DNA of 64,000 nucleotides from Bacteroidaceae bacterium (GTDB lineage Bacteria; Bacillota_I; Bacilli_A; RF39; UBA660): NCBI GenBank assembly GCA_963616135.1, contig CAVEJT010000001.1, positions 76,844 to 140,843 of the forward strand, read 5' to 3'. Shown piece by piece: positions 56,033 to 64,000 of this stretch (position 1 is its first letter; each line of letters starts with the position of its first letter). The notes under the pieces were generated by a model. It saw only the letters and a program-made list of their open reading frames with translations, ran no database searches and was not told where the DNA came from. The position numbers and the translations under genes were made by a program.

Positions 56033-56786
56033 TAAATTAAGAAGACAAAAAATAAATGTAATGCTTAACGAAGAGGAAAGAAAAATTATAACCGAAAAAG
56101 CAATCAAATATGGATTTGGTGATTGCTTAGCAGAATATATAAGAGCAGCATGTATTTATGAAAATATATATATAGAAGATGTTCAGGGAAAGCAAGAGTT
56201 ATGTGAAATTGTAAGTAGGTTTATAGAAACATTAAGAGAAATATTAAAAGAACAAAAGAAAATATTAAATAACTACATGTTAGATAAAAAAGATATTGAT
56301 GTTATAAGTAATCAGAATAACATTATAATTAAAATGATAAATAAATTATCTAATTTAGTAATATCAATTTTGTCTGTTAATACAGAAAAGAGAATTCAAC
56401 AGAGATTAGGAATGGTTGAAAAATATAAAGTAGATGAAAACTTCTATAAAAAAATCATGAATAACAACTATCAACATTTTATAGTAAGACCATCTAATTT
56501 AAATAGACCTAATCAAAAACCTATGTATATAGTTTATTTAAATAATAACACTTATACCTATTCATTAGAAGATATTAATAAAGAGGACTTTATTAAAAAG
56601 GTAAATGAATGCAGAGATATTGCTATGCAGAAAGATTTATTAATATCATTTTATAGAGAAGACAGCATATTGAATTTTGGAGTCATTATGGAATTTCAAG
56701 ATAAAAAAGCAGCCAAAGAATTTGCTAGTGAAATTAATTCACAGTTCTTTTCGTTAGAAGGTGATGCACGTGCCAACAACCTCTAG
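56007..56786 (+). CDS. MobC-like relaxosome accessory protein (ribbon-helix-helix)
   Basis: RRQKINVMLNEEERKIITEKAIKYGFGDCLAEYIRAA matches MobC motif R-x-I-x-V-x-L-T-x-E-E ... SEYIR. Confidence 0.6.
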   Translation: MNSTEERYSKLRRQKINVMLNEEERKIITEKAIKYGFGDCLAEYIRAACIYENIYIEDVQGKQELCEIVSRFIETLREILKEQKKILNNYMLDKKDIDVISNQNNIIIKMINKLSNLVISILSVNTEKRIQQRLGMVEKYKVDENFYKKIMNNNYQHFIVRPSNLNRPNQKPMYIVYLNNNTYTYSLEDINKEDFIKKVNECRDIAMQKDLLISFYREDSILNFGVIMEFQDKKAAKEFASEINSQFFSLEGDARANNL

Positions 56787-58446
56787 GTGGTCGGTGCATG
56801 GTGTTCAGGGAAGAATAGATTGCATCAATTATATTAAAGATTCCAAAAAAACAAAGGATGGAACATTAATAACAGGTATTAATTGTTCTTCTCAATTTGC
56901 TGCTTATGAGATGAAAGTTAATAACGATAAGTTTCATATAATAGAAGATAACGATAGTAGAACCTGTTATCATGGATATCAATCTTTCGATCCAAAAGAA
57001 AAGGGATTAACACCAGAGAAAGTTCATGAGATGGGAGTTGAACTGATGAAGAGATTATATCCTGACTTCCAAGTTTTAGTCACAACACATGTTGATAGAT
57101 CCCATTTGCATAATCATTATGTTATAAATGCTGTTAATCTAAAAGGCAGAAAATTAGAAGACAGATTAGCCAATCCTATTGAAGGATTGTATGGTTTAAG
57201 AGATATGAGTGATAAGATTGCACTAGAGTATGGATTAAAAATAATTGAGGATGCACCAAAAATTGGAAGGTTTGGTAAAAGCAAATATTTATATAGTGAA
57301 GCTATTAAGACTTGGCGTCAGCAAATAATTGAAAAGATAGAATACTTAAAAAGTATATGTTTTTCTTTTGATGAATTGTTAGAAAGATTAACTTTTGATG
57401 GATATCAAATTAAGGCAGGAAAAAATATTCGTATTCGACCTTATGGGAAAGAAAGATTTGTAAGTATCAAAACATTAGGTGAAGGATACAGTGAAGCAGA
57501 ATTAAAAGAATTTTTTAAACAAAAAAGAAAAAATCAAACTGTAATTAATTTTGAACAATATAAATTACTTGATGAAGATAGTGAAATTTTATCTTTATAT
57601 AATGAACTTGCAATTAGATCAAAACAATCTATTTTATATAGTATGAAGGATTTAGATGCTAATAATGATTATTTTAAATACTATAATTCCAGATACATGG
57701 AAATAAGAAGATATCATCAATTAGTAGATACTATTAATTTTTTAAATGATAATAAGATATTTGGTTATGAAACTTTAGAAGAACAAATTGAAAAATTGAA
57801 ACAAGATATTATTAGTAAAGAAACAGAATATCAAGAACTTGCTTCTGAAAATGAAACATTACAATTGCGAGTGCCTTTGTGTAATTTATATTTAGAATAT
57901 TTGGATATATATGAGTCATATAAAGAACAACAAGAATTATCTTCTTCATACTTAGAACCATCTAAAGAAGTAAAAACCTTTTTAGATGTAAAGGAACAGT
58001 TAGGTGTTCAATCACTAGATGAAGTTCAAGATATTTCAGCAGAAGCAAATAGATTGAAAGTAAAAACAAATAAAAGTTATGCTTATTTAACTTATTTAAA
58101 AACAAAAGCAAGTGAGTTAGAAAAGATAAAAGGTATATCACTTGAAAGTGAAAAGGGTTATATCAAGAGCGTATCAGTTAGTAAAAGTATGATAGATGAA
58201 TCACGTTCAACAAAAGAAAATTATTGTTTAAGAATTCCATATAGTGAAAATTATATTTATGTTCCAAAAGGTAATATTGCATGGATTAGTTTTGATAAAC
58301 GAGGAATTTTATATCTAGTGGATGATAAAGAATATATTTTATATGATAAGTATAACGAAGAAAAAAGACGTGCAACAGGAGAAGAAATAGAAAAAATTTC
58401 TCAAGAAGAAAAACAAAAAATAAATGATTATTATAAGAACAAATAA
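56761..58446 (+). CDS. Relaxase, MobA/MobL (MOBQ/MOBP-like) family
   Basis: HVDRSHLHNHYVINAVN 3-His motif (HxDxxHxHxHxVIN) of Relaxase/mobilisation nuclease domain; long coiled-coil C-terminus. Confidence 0.75.
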   Translation: MMHVPTTSRWSVHGVQGRIDCINYIKDSKKTKDGTLITGINCSSQFAAYEMKVNNDKFHIIEDNDSRTCYHGYQSFDPKEKGLTPEKVHEMGVELMKRLYPDFQVLVTTHVDRSHLHNHYVINAVNLKGRKLEDRLANPIEGLYGLRDMSDKIALEYGLKIIEDAPKIGRFGKSKYLYSEAIKTWRQQIIEKIEYLKSICFSFDELLERLTFDGYQIKAGKNIRIRPYGKERFVSIKTLGEGYSEAELKEFFKQKRKNQTVINFEQYKLLDEDSEILSLYNELAIRSKQSILYSMKDLDANNDYFKYYNSRYMEIRRYHQLVDTINFLNDNKIFGYETLEEQIEKLKQDIISKETEYQELASENETLQLRVPLCNLYLEYLDIYESYKEQQELSSSYLEPSKEVKTFLDVKEQLGVQSLDEVQDISAEANRLKVKTNKSYAYLTYLKTKASELEKIKGISLESEKGYIKSVSVSKSMIDESRSTKENYCLRIPYSENYIYVPKGNIAWISFDKRGILYLVDDKEYILYDKYNEEKRRATGEEIEKISQEEKQKINDYYKNK

Positions 58447-58462
58447 ATAGGAAGGAATAAAT

Positions 58463-58789
58463 ATGGAAACGTTAAAAAAAGAAGAATTAATTAATATTTT
58501 AAAATATGCTTATTTTATGTCTATGGTGGTAGCACCAATTAATGCAAGAAAAGTTGGATTAAATAAAGCAGGTGGACTAATACCTGAATTTTATCAGTAT
58601 TTAGTTGAGGCATTAGAAAAAGGTGAGCGAATAGATTTAAGTAGAGATCCAGAAAATGATATTTTAAGTGATGTTTATCAGAATTGTATAGTTCCAGATG
58701 TTGGTGAGAGAAATTTAACTTATGCAGATTTTTTTATTGGTGCTTCAAAAAAAGAAACAACGCCAGAACATGATGATTTTGAAAAATAG
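58463..58789 (+). CDS. Hypothetical protein (108 aa)
   Basis: RBS GGAAGGAA; no motif. Confidence 0.35.
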   Translation: METLKKEELINILKYAYFMSMVVAPINARKVGLNKAGGLIPEFYQYLVEALEKGERIDLSRDPENDILSDVYQNCIVPDVGERNLTYADFFIGASKKETTPEHDDFEK

Positions 58790-58843
58790 TTTTATGTGGT
58801 ATAATTAAATATAGAAGCAACAAATAAACAATAATTTGTTGAA

Positions 58844-59896
58844 ATGGAGGAGTTGACTATGAAAAAGAAACTATTTGCTATTTTATTATGTGGAGTGGTG
58901 ATATTAGGTATGACTGGGTGTGGTACGAAAAGTAATTCAAAACCAAAAGATAATACAGAAGATAATATAAAGATTGTTAAATCTGAAAATAAGTCAATTA
59001 AATACACCGACTTTGATAACGGTCTAGTTAAAATGAAAGTACCAGAAGGATGGAAAGTTGAAATTTTATTAAATAATTATGTTATGTATACTTTGAGAGT
59101 GTATAATCCTGAAAATCCGTTATATCAATTTTTCTTTAGTTTAAAAACTGAAGGATATAATAAGTCAAAGGAAGCACAAGCATTTCAACAAAAATATTAT
59201 CCAAACGATTATGCTGGAAAAATGCCTGTAATAGAAGATAAAACAACAGAAGGATTTTATAAAGCAGTATTCAGTCTAAATAAAGATCCATTCCCAGTTA
59301 TGACAGATTTTACTGTTATTGATAATTTAGGCAATGGTCCATTTGGTGGAGATATGTTAAGAGCTTCATTTAAAGATGGTAGTGGAAATGAAGGAGAGGG
59401 AGTATTTACAGGGTATGTATTTGATGCAGGTACATATTATGTACCTGAAAATTTTCTTACTGGAAAACAAATAGATATATACTTTTTAAGTGTATATGAT
59501 GCAATGTTTGTTTCAGCACCAAAAGGAGAACTTGTAAATTGGCAAGAACCATTAAATACGATTGCTTCATCAATGGAATTTACTGATACATTTATGAATG
59601 CAGTTCAAAGCCAATTAGATGCTCAAATGAAAACTTTTAATAATATAAGAAGCATTTGTAATGAAATATCTGATGGTATAATGGACTCTTGGGAAAAGAG
59701 AAGTGCTAGTTTTGATATAATGAGTCAAAAGCAAAGTGATGCAACTCTTGGATACGAAAGAGTTTATGATACTGAAACAAATGAAATATATAAAGCATAT
59801 AATGGCTTTACTGATGATTATGATGGAAAAAGATATAAATCTATATCAGATGATATGTACACAAAAGGTATAGATGGATATATTGAAAAGAAATAA
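58844..59896 (+). CDS. Lipoprotein (350 aa), hypothetical function
   Basis: Signal peptide with lipobox ILGMTGC. Confidence 0.6.
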   Translation: MEELTMKKKLFAILLCGVVILGMTGCGTKSNSKPKDNTEDNIKIVKSENKSIKYTDFDNGLVKMKVPEGWKVEILLNNYVMYTLRVYNPENPLYQFFFSLKTEGYNKSKEAQAFQQKYYPNDYAGKMPVIEDKTTEGFYKAVFSLNKDPFPVMTDFTVIDNLGNGPFGGDMLRASFKDGSGNEGEGVFTGYVFDAGTYYVPENFLTGKQIDIYFLSVYDAMFVSAPKGELVNWQEPLNTIASSMEFTDTFMNAVQSQLDAQMKTFNNIRSICNEISDGIMDSWEKRSASFDIMSQKQSDATLGYERVYDTETNEIYKAYNGFTDDYDGKRYKSISDDMYTKGIDGYIEKK

Positions 59897-60000
59897 AATA
59901 TGTTGTAAAGCAGACTAATTAAAAAAAGTTTGCTTTTTTTGTAGTATAATTATATATAGAAGTACAGATAAATAGTAATTTGAAAGTGAGATGAAATATT

Positions 60001-60144
60001 GTGAAAAATAAAAAACTAACGAATTGGATCATCGCCATTATAGTTGCTATTGTGTATCTATCAGTAAGTTTTATATTTGATATATGGGCATATTCTTGGC
60101 TTATATGGGTGGCTTATGCAATTTATAGATTTATTGCAAAATAA
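60001..60144 (+). CDS. Possible small two-TM membrane peptide (47 aa, VKNKKLTNWIIAIIVAIVYLSVSFIFDIWAYSWLIWVAYAIYRFIAK)
   Basis: GTG start with weak RBS; TATAAT at 59945..59950; not in ORF track. Confidence 0.3.
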   Translation: MKNKKLTNWIIAIIVAIVYLSVSFIFDIWAYSWLIWVAYAIYRFIAK

Positions 60145-60261
60145 AAAATTACAATTTGTAGAAAAGCAAAGAATCTTTGCTAAAAACAATAATATTGTAA
60201 AGAATCTTTGATAGATTATTTAATACTTTATTAATAAAATATTTTTGGAAGGAGGAAAATT

Positions 60262-60819
60262 ATGGATCTGGGTAAAAAAATATTAGATATAAGAAAGGAT
60301 AACAAAATGTCTCAAGAAGATTTTGCAGAGATTTTTAATGTAACTAGACAGACTATATCTAGTTGGGAAAACTCTAAAAGTTATCCAGATATTGAAACAC
60401 TTATAAAGATGAGTGATAAATTTAATGTTTCTCTAGATATTTTGTTAAAAGGTGATAAAAAAATGATAAAGAATATTGATGAAAATGTTAAAAATAACAA
60501 GAGAAATAAGAAAATAATAATTATTTTAATAACAATTATTATTGCACTTGCAATTGCCTTTGGAATTATTTATAAATTTAGTTTATTTGGTTTCAATAAT
60601 ACAAAGAGTGATGCTAAAGGAAGTTTATATGTAGCTTGTTCTCTAAAGGATAATAAATACTTTTATAATGTAAACTATGGAGATAATTATAGAATATTAT
60701 CTGTTGATGGAGATGAATACATTATGAAGAATGTGGATACAGAAAAAGCAACAAATGCTAAAGAAGTGATAGATATAATCAAAGATTATTTTGAATTACA
60801 TAATGGCAGTTGTGAATAA
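60262..60819 (+). CDS. XRE-family HTH regulator with C-terminal transmembrane anchor
   Basis: MSQEDFAEIFNVTRQTISSWENSKSYP HTH_3 followed by IIIILITIIIALAIAFGIIY TM. Confidence 0.65.
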   Translation: MDLGKKILDIRKDNKMSQEDFAEIFNVTRQTISSWENSKSYPDIETLIKMSDKFNVSLDILLKGDKKMIKNIDENVKNNKRNKKIIIILITIIIALAIAFGIIYKFSLFGFNNTKSDAKGSLYVACSLKDNKYFYNVNYGDNYRILSVDGDEYIMKNVDTEKATNAKEVIDIIKDYFELHNGSCE

Positions 60820-60877
60820 ATTACAATTTTACGAGCAGAAATGCTCTTTTTATTTTAATTAAAAGAAAGGAGAAAAA

Positions 60878-61180
60878 ATGAATACAGATTATATAAAAAG
60901 TTTATTAATTATGTTTAATAATAAAAATGTTTATGAAATTGAAACAGCACTGGCAATTTATGAATTTATGGATAAGGATATTAATAGCATATCAGATGCA
61001 GAAATATTTAGGGTATATGATTTAATTCATTCACAAGATGAAATATTTGATGATTATGTTAAAGAAGAAATTCAAAGAATCAAAGAAGATCATGATAAAG
61101 AGGAAAGAATTAAAGAGGATATATCAAAAAAAGAGAAAGATATTCAAAAAGAAAAAGAACAAGATTCATTTGAAAAATAA
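60878..61180 (+). CDS. Hypothetical protein (100 aa), acidic
   Basis: RBS AAAGGAG; no motif. Confidence 0.35.
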   Translation: MNTDYIKSLLIMFNNKNVYEIETALAIYEFMDKDINSISDAEIFRVYDLIHSQDEIFDDYVKEEIQRIKEDHDKEERIKEDISKKEKDIQKEKEQDSFEK

Positions 61181-61240
61181 TAATTTTGTTGAATTATGTG
61201 GTATAATTAATTTAACAGAAAATACAGGAGGTGAATATAA

Positions 61241-61516
61241 ATGAAAAAAGCTGAAATTATTGAAGCGTTAGCAGAAAAAACTGGTTTAACTAAAGCAGAC
61301 GTTGCTAGAGTTTACGAAGGAACTTTTGAATTGTTCAAAGAAGAATTAGGTAAAGGTAATGATGTGGCAGTAGCTGGATTTGGTACATTCAAAGTATCTG
61401 AAAGAGCAGCAAGAACTTGCAGAAATCCTAGAACTGGTGAAACAATTAATGTTGATGCTTGTAAAGCAGTATCTTTTAAAGTTGGTAAAGATTTAAAAGA
61501 AACAGTTAATAAATAA
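61241..61516 (+). CDS. hup: HU/IHF-family nucleoid-associated DNA-binding protein
   Basis: MKKAEIIEALAEKTGLTKADV ... GFGTFKVSERAARTCRNPRTGETI ... FKVGKDLK. Confidence 0.85.
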   Translation: MKKAEIIEALAEKTGLTKADVARVYEGTFELFKEELGKGNDVAVAGFGTFKVSERAARTCRNPRTGETINVDACKAVSFKVGKDLKETVNK

Positions 61517-61531
61517 TTAAAAAATGATATT

Positions 61532-61567
61532 GGGTTAGTATGATGAATACTAATCCTTTTTATTTTA
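61532..61567 (+). terminator. Rho-independent terminator (GGGTTAGTAT gatgaa TACTAATCC + TTTTTATTTT)
   Basis: 10-bp stem (one G-U pair) and T-run after hup stop. Confidence 0.65.
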
Positions 61568-61600
61568 TTATAGAACAGGAGGATTTGAAAAAATAATATT

Positions 61601-62338
61601 ATGAAGCAAATAAAAATATTTTTATTGTTTTTGTTATTAATAGTTTTAGGATTTAGTTTATATAAAATAAATCAAATAAATAATGAATTAAATTCTTCAC
61701 AAGAAATAAAAGAAGAATTGATTGAGTTAGTTGAAATACCAGAAACACCATCAGATGAACCATCTTTTCAAGTTGATTTTGAAGAGTTAAAAAAAATAAA
61801 TTCTGACGTTATTGGATGGATAGTTATAGAAGGTACAGGAATTAATTATCCTATTGTTCAAGGAAATAACAATTCTTTTTATTTAAATCATTCTTATGAT
61901 AAAAAATGGAATTCATTAGGGAGTATATTCGCAGACTATCAATCATCAAATGATTTTAGTGATTATAATACTTTTATTTATGGTCATCATACAAGGAATG
62001 GAAGTATGTTCGGAGAATTATATAAGTATATGAATGTTAGTTTTTATAAACAAAATAAAACATTTTATTTATATACACCGACAGGAAATTTTACAGCAGA
62101 GATTTTCAGTGCATATATAGATAGTACAGATTCGTCTTCATATAATCAATCATTTAATTCAATAACAGAATTCAATGATTATATTAATTTAGTTAAAGAA
62201 AAAAGTAATTACAGCACTGATGTAAAAATTGATGTGAATAAAGATAAAATAATTACACTTTATTCTTGTTCTCATGAATCTAATAGAAAGAAAAATGATA
62301 GATATTTTATTCATGCAGTATTAAGAAAACTAAGTTAA
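61601..62338 (+). CDS. Sortase (class B-like transpeptidase)
   Basis: N-terminal TM; catalytic triad context IYGHH (His), ITLYSCS (TLxTC-like Cys), RYFIHAV (Arg). Confidence 0.7.
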   Translation: MKQIKIFLLFLLLIVLGFSLYKINQINNELNSSQEIKEELIELVEIPETPSDEPSFQVDFEELKKINSDVIGWIVIEGTGINYPIVQGNNNSFYLNHSYDKKWNSLGSIFADYQSSNDFSDYNTFIYGHHTRNGSMFGELYKYMNVSFYKQNKTFYLYTPTGNFTAEIFSAYIDSTDSSSYNQSFNSITEFNDYINLVKEKSNYSTDVKIDVNKDKIITLYSCSHESNRKKNDRYFIHAVLRKLS

Positions 62339-62457
62339 AAATATATAATTATCTATGCAGTTTAAAGAATGTATAATAATAGCTTTTAACAAAGCTATTT
62401 TTTTGTTGGAGTAATTTATGTAGTGCAAAAAATTGAGAGTAAGAAAGGGAGAAATAT

Positions 62458-62685
62458 ATGAATGAAACAATGGTTTATACAGTGAAAGAAGTAGCAGCAA
62501 TTTTGCATAGTAGTCCAAATTATGTCTATACTCTGATAAGAAAGGGTTATCTTCCTGTTGTGAGATTAGGGAGTATAAAGATATTAAAACAGTCCTTAGA
62601 AAAATTTTTGATTGAAAATCAAGGAAAAGATTTATCAAATTTAGAAGATATAAAGCCGTTAGATTTTTCTAAAATAGGAGAATAG
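62458..62685 (+). CDS. xis: Excisionase-type HTH protein (Xis, Tn916-like)
   Basis: YTVKEVAAILHSSPNYVYTLIRKGYLPVVRLGSIKILK HTH; immediately upstream of integrase. Confidence 0.65.
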   Translation: MNETMVYTVKEVAAILHSSPNYVYTLIRKGYLPVVRLGSIKILKQSLEKFLIENQGKDLSNLEDIKPLDFSKIGE

Positions 62686-62688
62686 TTA

Positions 62689-63963
62689 ATGGCACAAGTA
62701 AATATAGAAAAGAGAGGAAATGTTTATCAGTATAGATTTGAGATAGCACCACAAGGTGGTAAAAGAAAATTTATTAATAAATCAGGATTTAAAACAAAAT
62801 CAGAAGCACAGGAAGCAGGTAATATAGCATATACAGAATATATAAATGCTGGTGTTCCTTTTAAAGAATGTAAATTATCTTATAGCGATTATTTAGACTA
62901 TTGGTTAGATAATTATTGCAAATCAAATTTAAAATACAATACTATTTGTAAATATAGAACTATTATAGATAAATATATAAGACCTAGATTAGGTTTATAT
63001 AGGTTATCTACACTTACAAGTGTGAGATTAAATATGTTTATTACAGAAATATGTGATGAATACTCTTTTTCAAGATCTTATTTTAAAAATATATTGAAAG
63101 TTGTTAAAGGAACTTTTAGAGATGCTTGTAATTTGTATGGATTTATAAAATATAATCCAGCTCTAACGTTGAGATTACCAAAAATGGATATTGATAAAAA
63201 AGATCCTAAACATTTATATACACAAGAAGAAATAGATAAGATATTATTTAGATTTAGATATAATGATACTTTTACTTGTTCTTTTTTAACATCATGTTAT
63301 ACTGGTATGAGAACTGGAGAAGTTTTTGCGTTAACATGGGATGATATAGACTTAGATGAAGGTATTATTTCTATTAAGCATAGTATATATGATAAAGCGA
63401 AAGATATAAAAGGAAGATGGTATTTAGGAAGCACTAAAACAATATCTGGAGAAAGATTAATCTATATTAGTCCAACTTTATTAAGTGCATTAAAAAATTA
63501 TAAAGCCAAACAAGATTATTTAAAACAATTATATGGAAATAAATATATTTACTATTATTTAGAAGATGTGAAAAATCAGTATGGCAAAGTGATAGAAAAA
63601 AGAATTGTTCAAAAAACTGATGAAACAAAAGATCAAATTACGTTGAATTTAGTATTTACTAAATCTGATGGTAAATTTACAGGTACAGATATTACCAAAT
63701 ATCCATTTGAGATTATTCATAAAGAATTAGGCATAGAAAAATGTAGATTCTACGATTTAAGAGGAAGTTATGCAACTAAGGTTTTAAACTCTGGTGTAGA
63801 AATTAGAGATGTTGCTGATATGCTTGGTCATAGAAATATAGAAACGACTGAAAATTATTATGTATCTAGTACAGATACATCAAGAAAATGTGCAACAGAT
63901 AATTTTGACAAAATGATACAATCGGAAGTTATTAATGAAATATCAGAATATTTAGTTTTTTAA
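62689..63963 (+). CDS. int: Tyrosine recombinase / integrase, Tn916-Int family
   Basis: N-terminal AP2-like DNA-binding region (VYQYRFEIAPQGGKRKFINKSGFKTKSEAQEA), catalytic R...HxxR...Y (YDLRGSYATKVL, LGHRNIETTENYY). Confidence 0.9.
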   Translation: MAQVNIEKRGNVYQYRFEIAPQGGKRKFINKSGFKTKSEAQEAGNIAYTEYINAGVPFKECKLSYSDYLDYWLDNYCKSNLKYNTICKYRTIIDKYIRPRLGLYRLSTLTSVRLNMFITEICDEYSFSRSYFKNILKVVKGTFRDACNLYGFIKYNPALTLRLPKMDIDKKDPKHLYTQEEIDKILFRFRYNDTFTCSFLTSCYTGMRTGEVFALTWDDIDLDEGIISIKHSIYDKAKDIKGRWYLGSTKTISGERLIYISPTLLSALKNYKAKQDYLKQLYGNKYIYYYLEDVKNQYGKVIEKRIVQKTDETKDQITLNLVFTKSDGKFTGTDITKYPFEIIHKELGIEKCRFYDLRGSYATKVLNSGVEIRDVADMLGHRNIETTENYYVSSTDTSRKCATDNFDKMIQSEVINEISEYLVF

Positions 63964-64000
63964 TTATTAGCAACATACCCATTCTTTATCATGTGGTGTG

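Larger units (their letters stand above)
1..64000. mobile_element. Integrative conjugative element / conjugative transposon (partial or near-complete); int-xis at right end, MOB + Gram-positive T4SS + primase + adhesins + cargo
   Basis: Co-occurrence of Tn916-family integrase and Xis (62458..63963), MobC + MobA/MobL relaxase (56007..58446), VirD4/VirB4/VirB6/CHAP T4SS genes (37918..45919), primase, ArdC, sortase and surface adhesins; near-uniform + strand operon organisation. Ends (att sites) not identified in window. Confidence 0.6.

Noticed and set aside
341-64000. Short GGTGTGG/TGGTGTG strings near 341..355 and at 63990..64000 as att core direct repeats marking element ends
   Set aside because: Match is about 7 nt, far too short to be significant in 64 kb; the left boundary remains undetermined.

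Overview
This AT-rich (~27-28% GC) Firmicutes/Clostridium-like window reads almost entirely as one conjugative element (ICE/conjugative transposon). Nearly all genes are on the + strand.

Core conjugation and mobility functions:
- A Tn916-family tyrosine integrase (62689..63963) with an excisionase-like HTH (62458..62685), an HU protein and a class-B-like sortase sit at the right edge.
- A MobC-like accessory protein plus a MobA/MobL-type relaxase (56007..58446) follow a candidate oriT.
- A Gram-positive type IV secretion module spans 37918..47116: VirD4-like coupling protein, VirB6/VirB3/VirB4 homologues, a CHAP hydrolase and membrane-anchored Ig-like proteins.
- Upstream of that module are a DnaG-type primase and two giant surface proteins: an NlpC/P60 + Cna-B-like adhesin with a non-canonical sorting signal, and a Flg_new/Listeria-Bacteroides-repeat protein.

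Cargo and unusual regions:
- A leading-region-like block (47139..55313) of small, acidic, translationally coupled genes includes ArdC, an orphan N6-MTase-like protein and a tandem paralog family. Four consecutive gene junctions reuse the same ~19-nt sequence, encoding EMEMEY-type acidic tails.
- Left-hand cargo: a MazF/PemK toxin pair, a cold-shock protein, a CAP-domain protein, XRE/MerR regulators and a nonsense-mutated XRE pseudogene.
- An orphan soluble VirD4 paralog lies next to a radical-SAM/SPASM enzyme and a 968-aa protein with 4 'NxPQxVYG(V/I)P' repeats.
- A seven-gene operon (17249..25340) pairs a 1138-aa TPR protein with a calcineurin-like phosphoesterase, a multi-TM protein, a JAB-like protein and two ADP-ribosylglycohydrolases. 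This is a candidate ADP-ribose-directed conflict (defence or anti-defence) system and the most likely undescribed system here.

Regulatory DNA:
- A dispersed 16-bp operator, GTTTACTAGTGTAAAC, occurs five times: twice at the left promoter, and ahead of the T4SS cluster, a leading-region HTH gene and (one-mismatch variant) the 297-aa gene before the primase.
- A ~90-bp promoter/operator block is duplicated upstream of a HExxH gene (8110) and the TPR operon (17249).
- Several rho-independent terminators were found, including one inside the 5' leader of the adhesin operon.

No rRNA, tRNA or CRISPR was found. The left boundary of the element is not determinable from this window.
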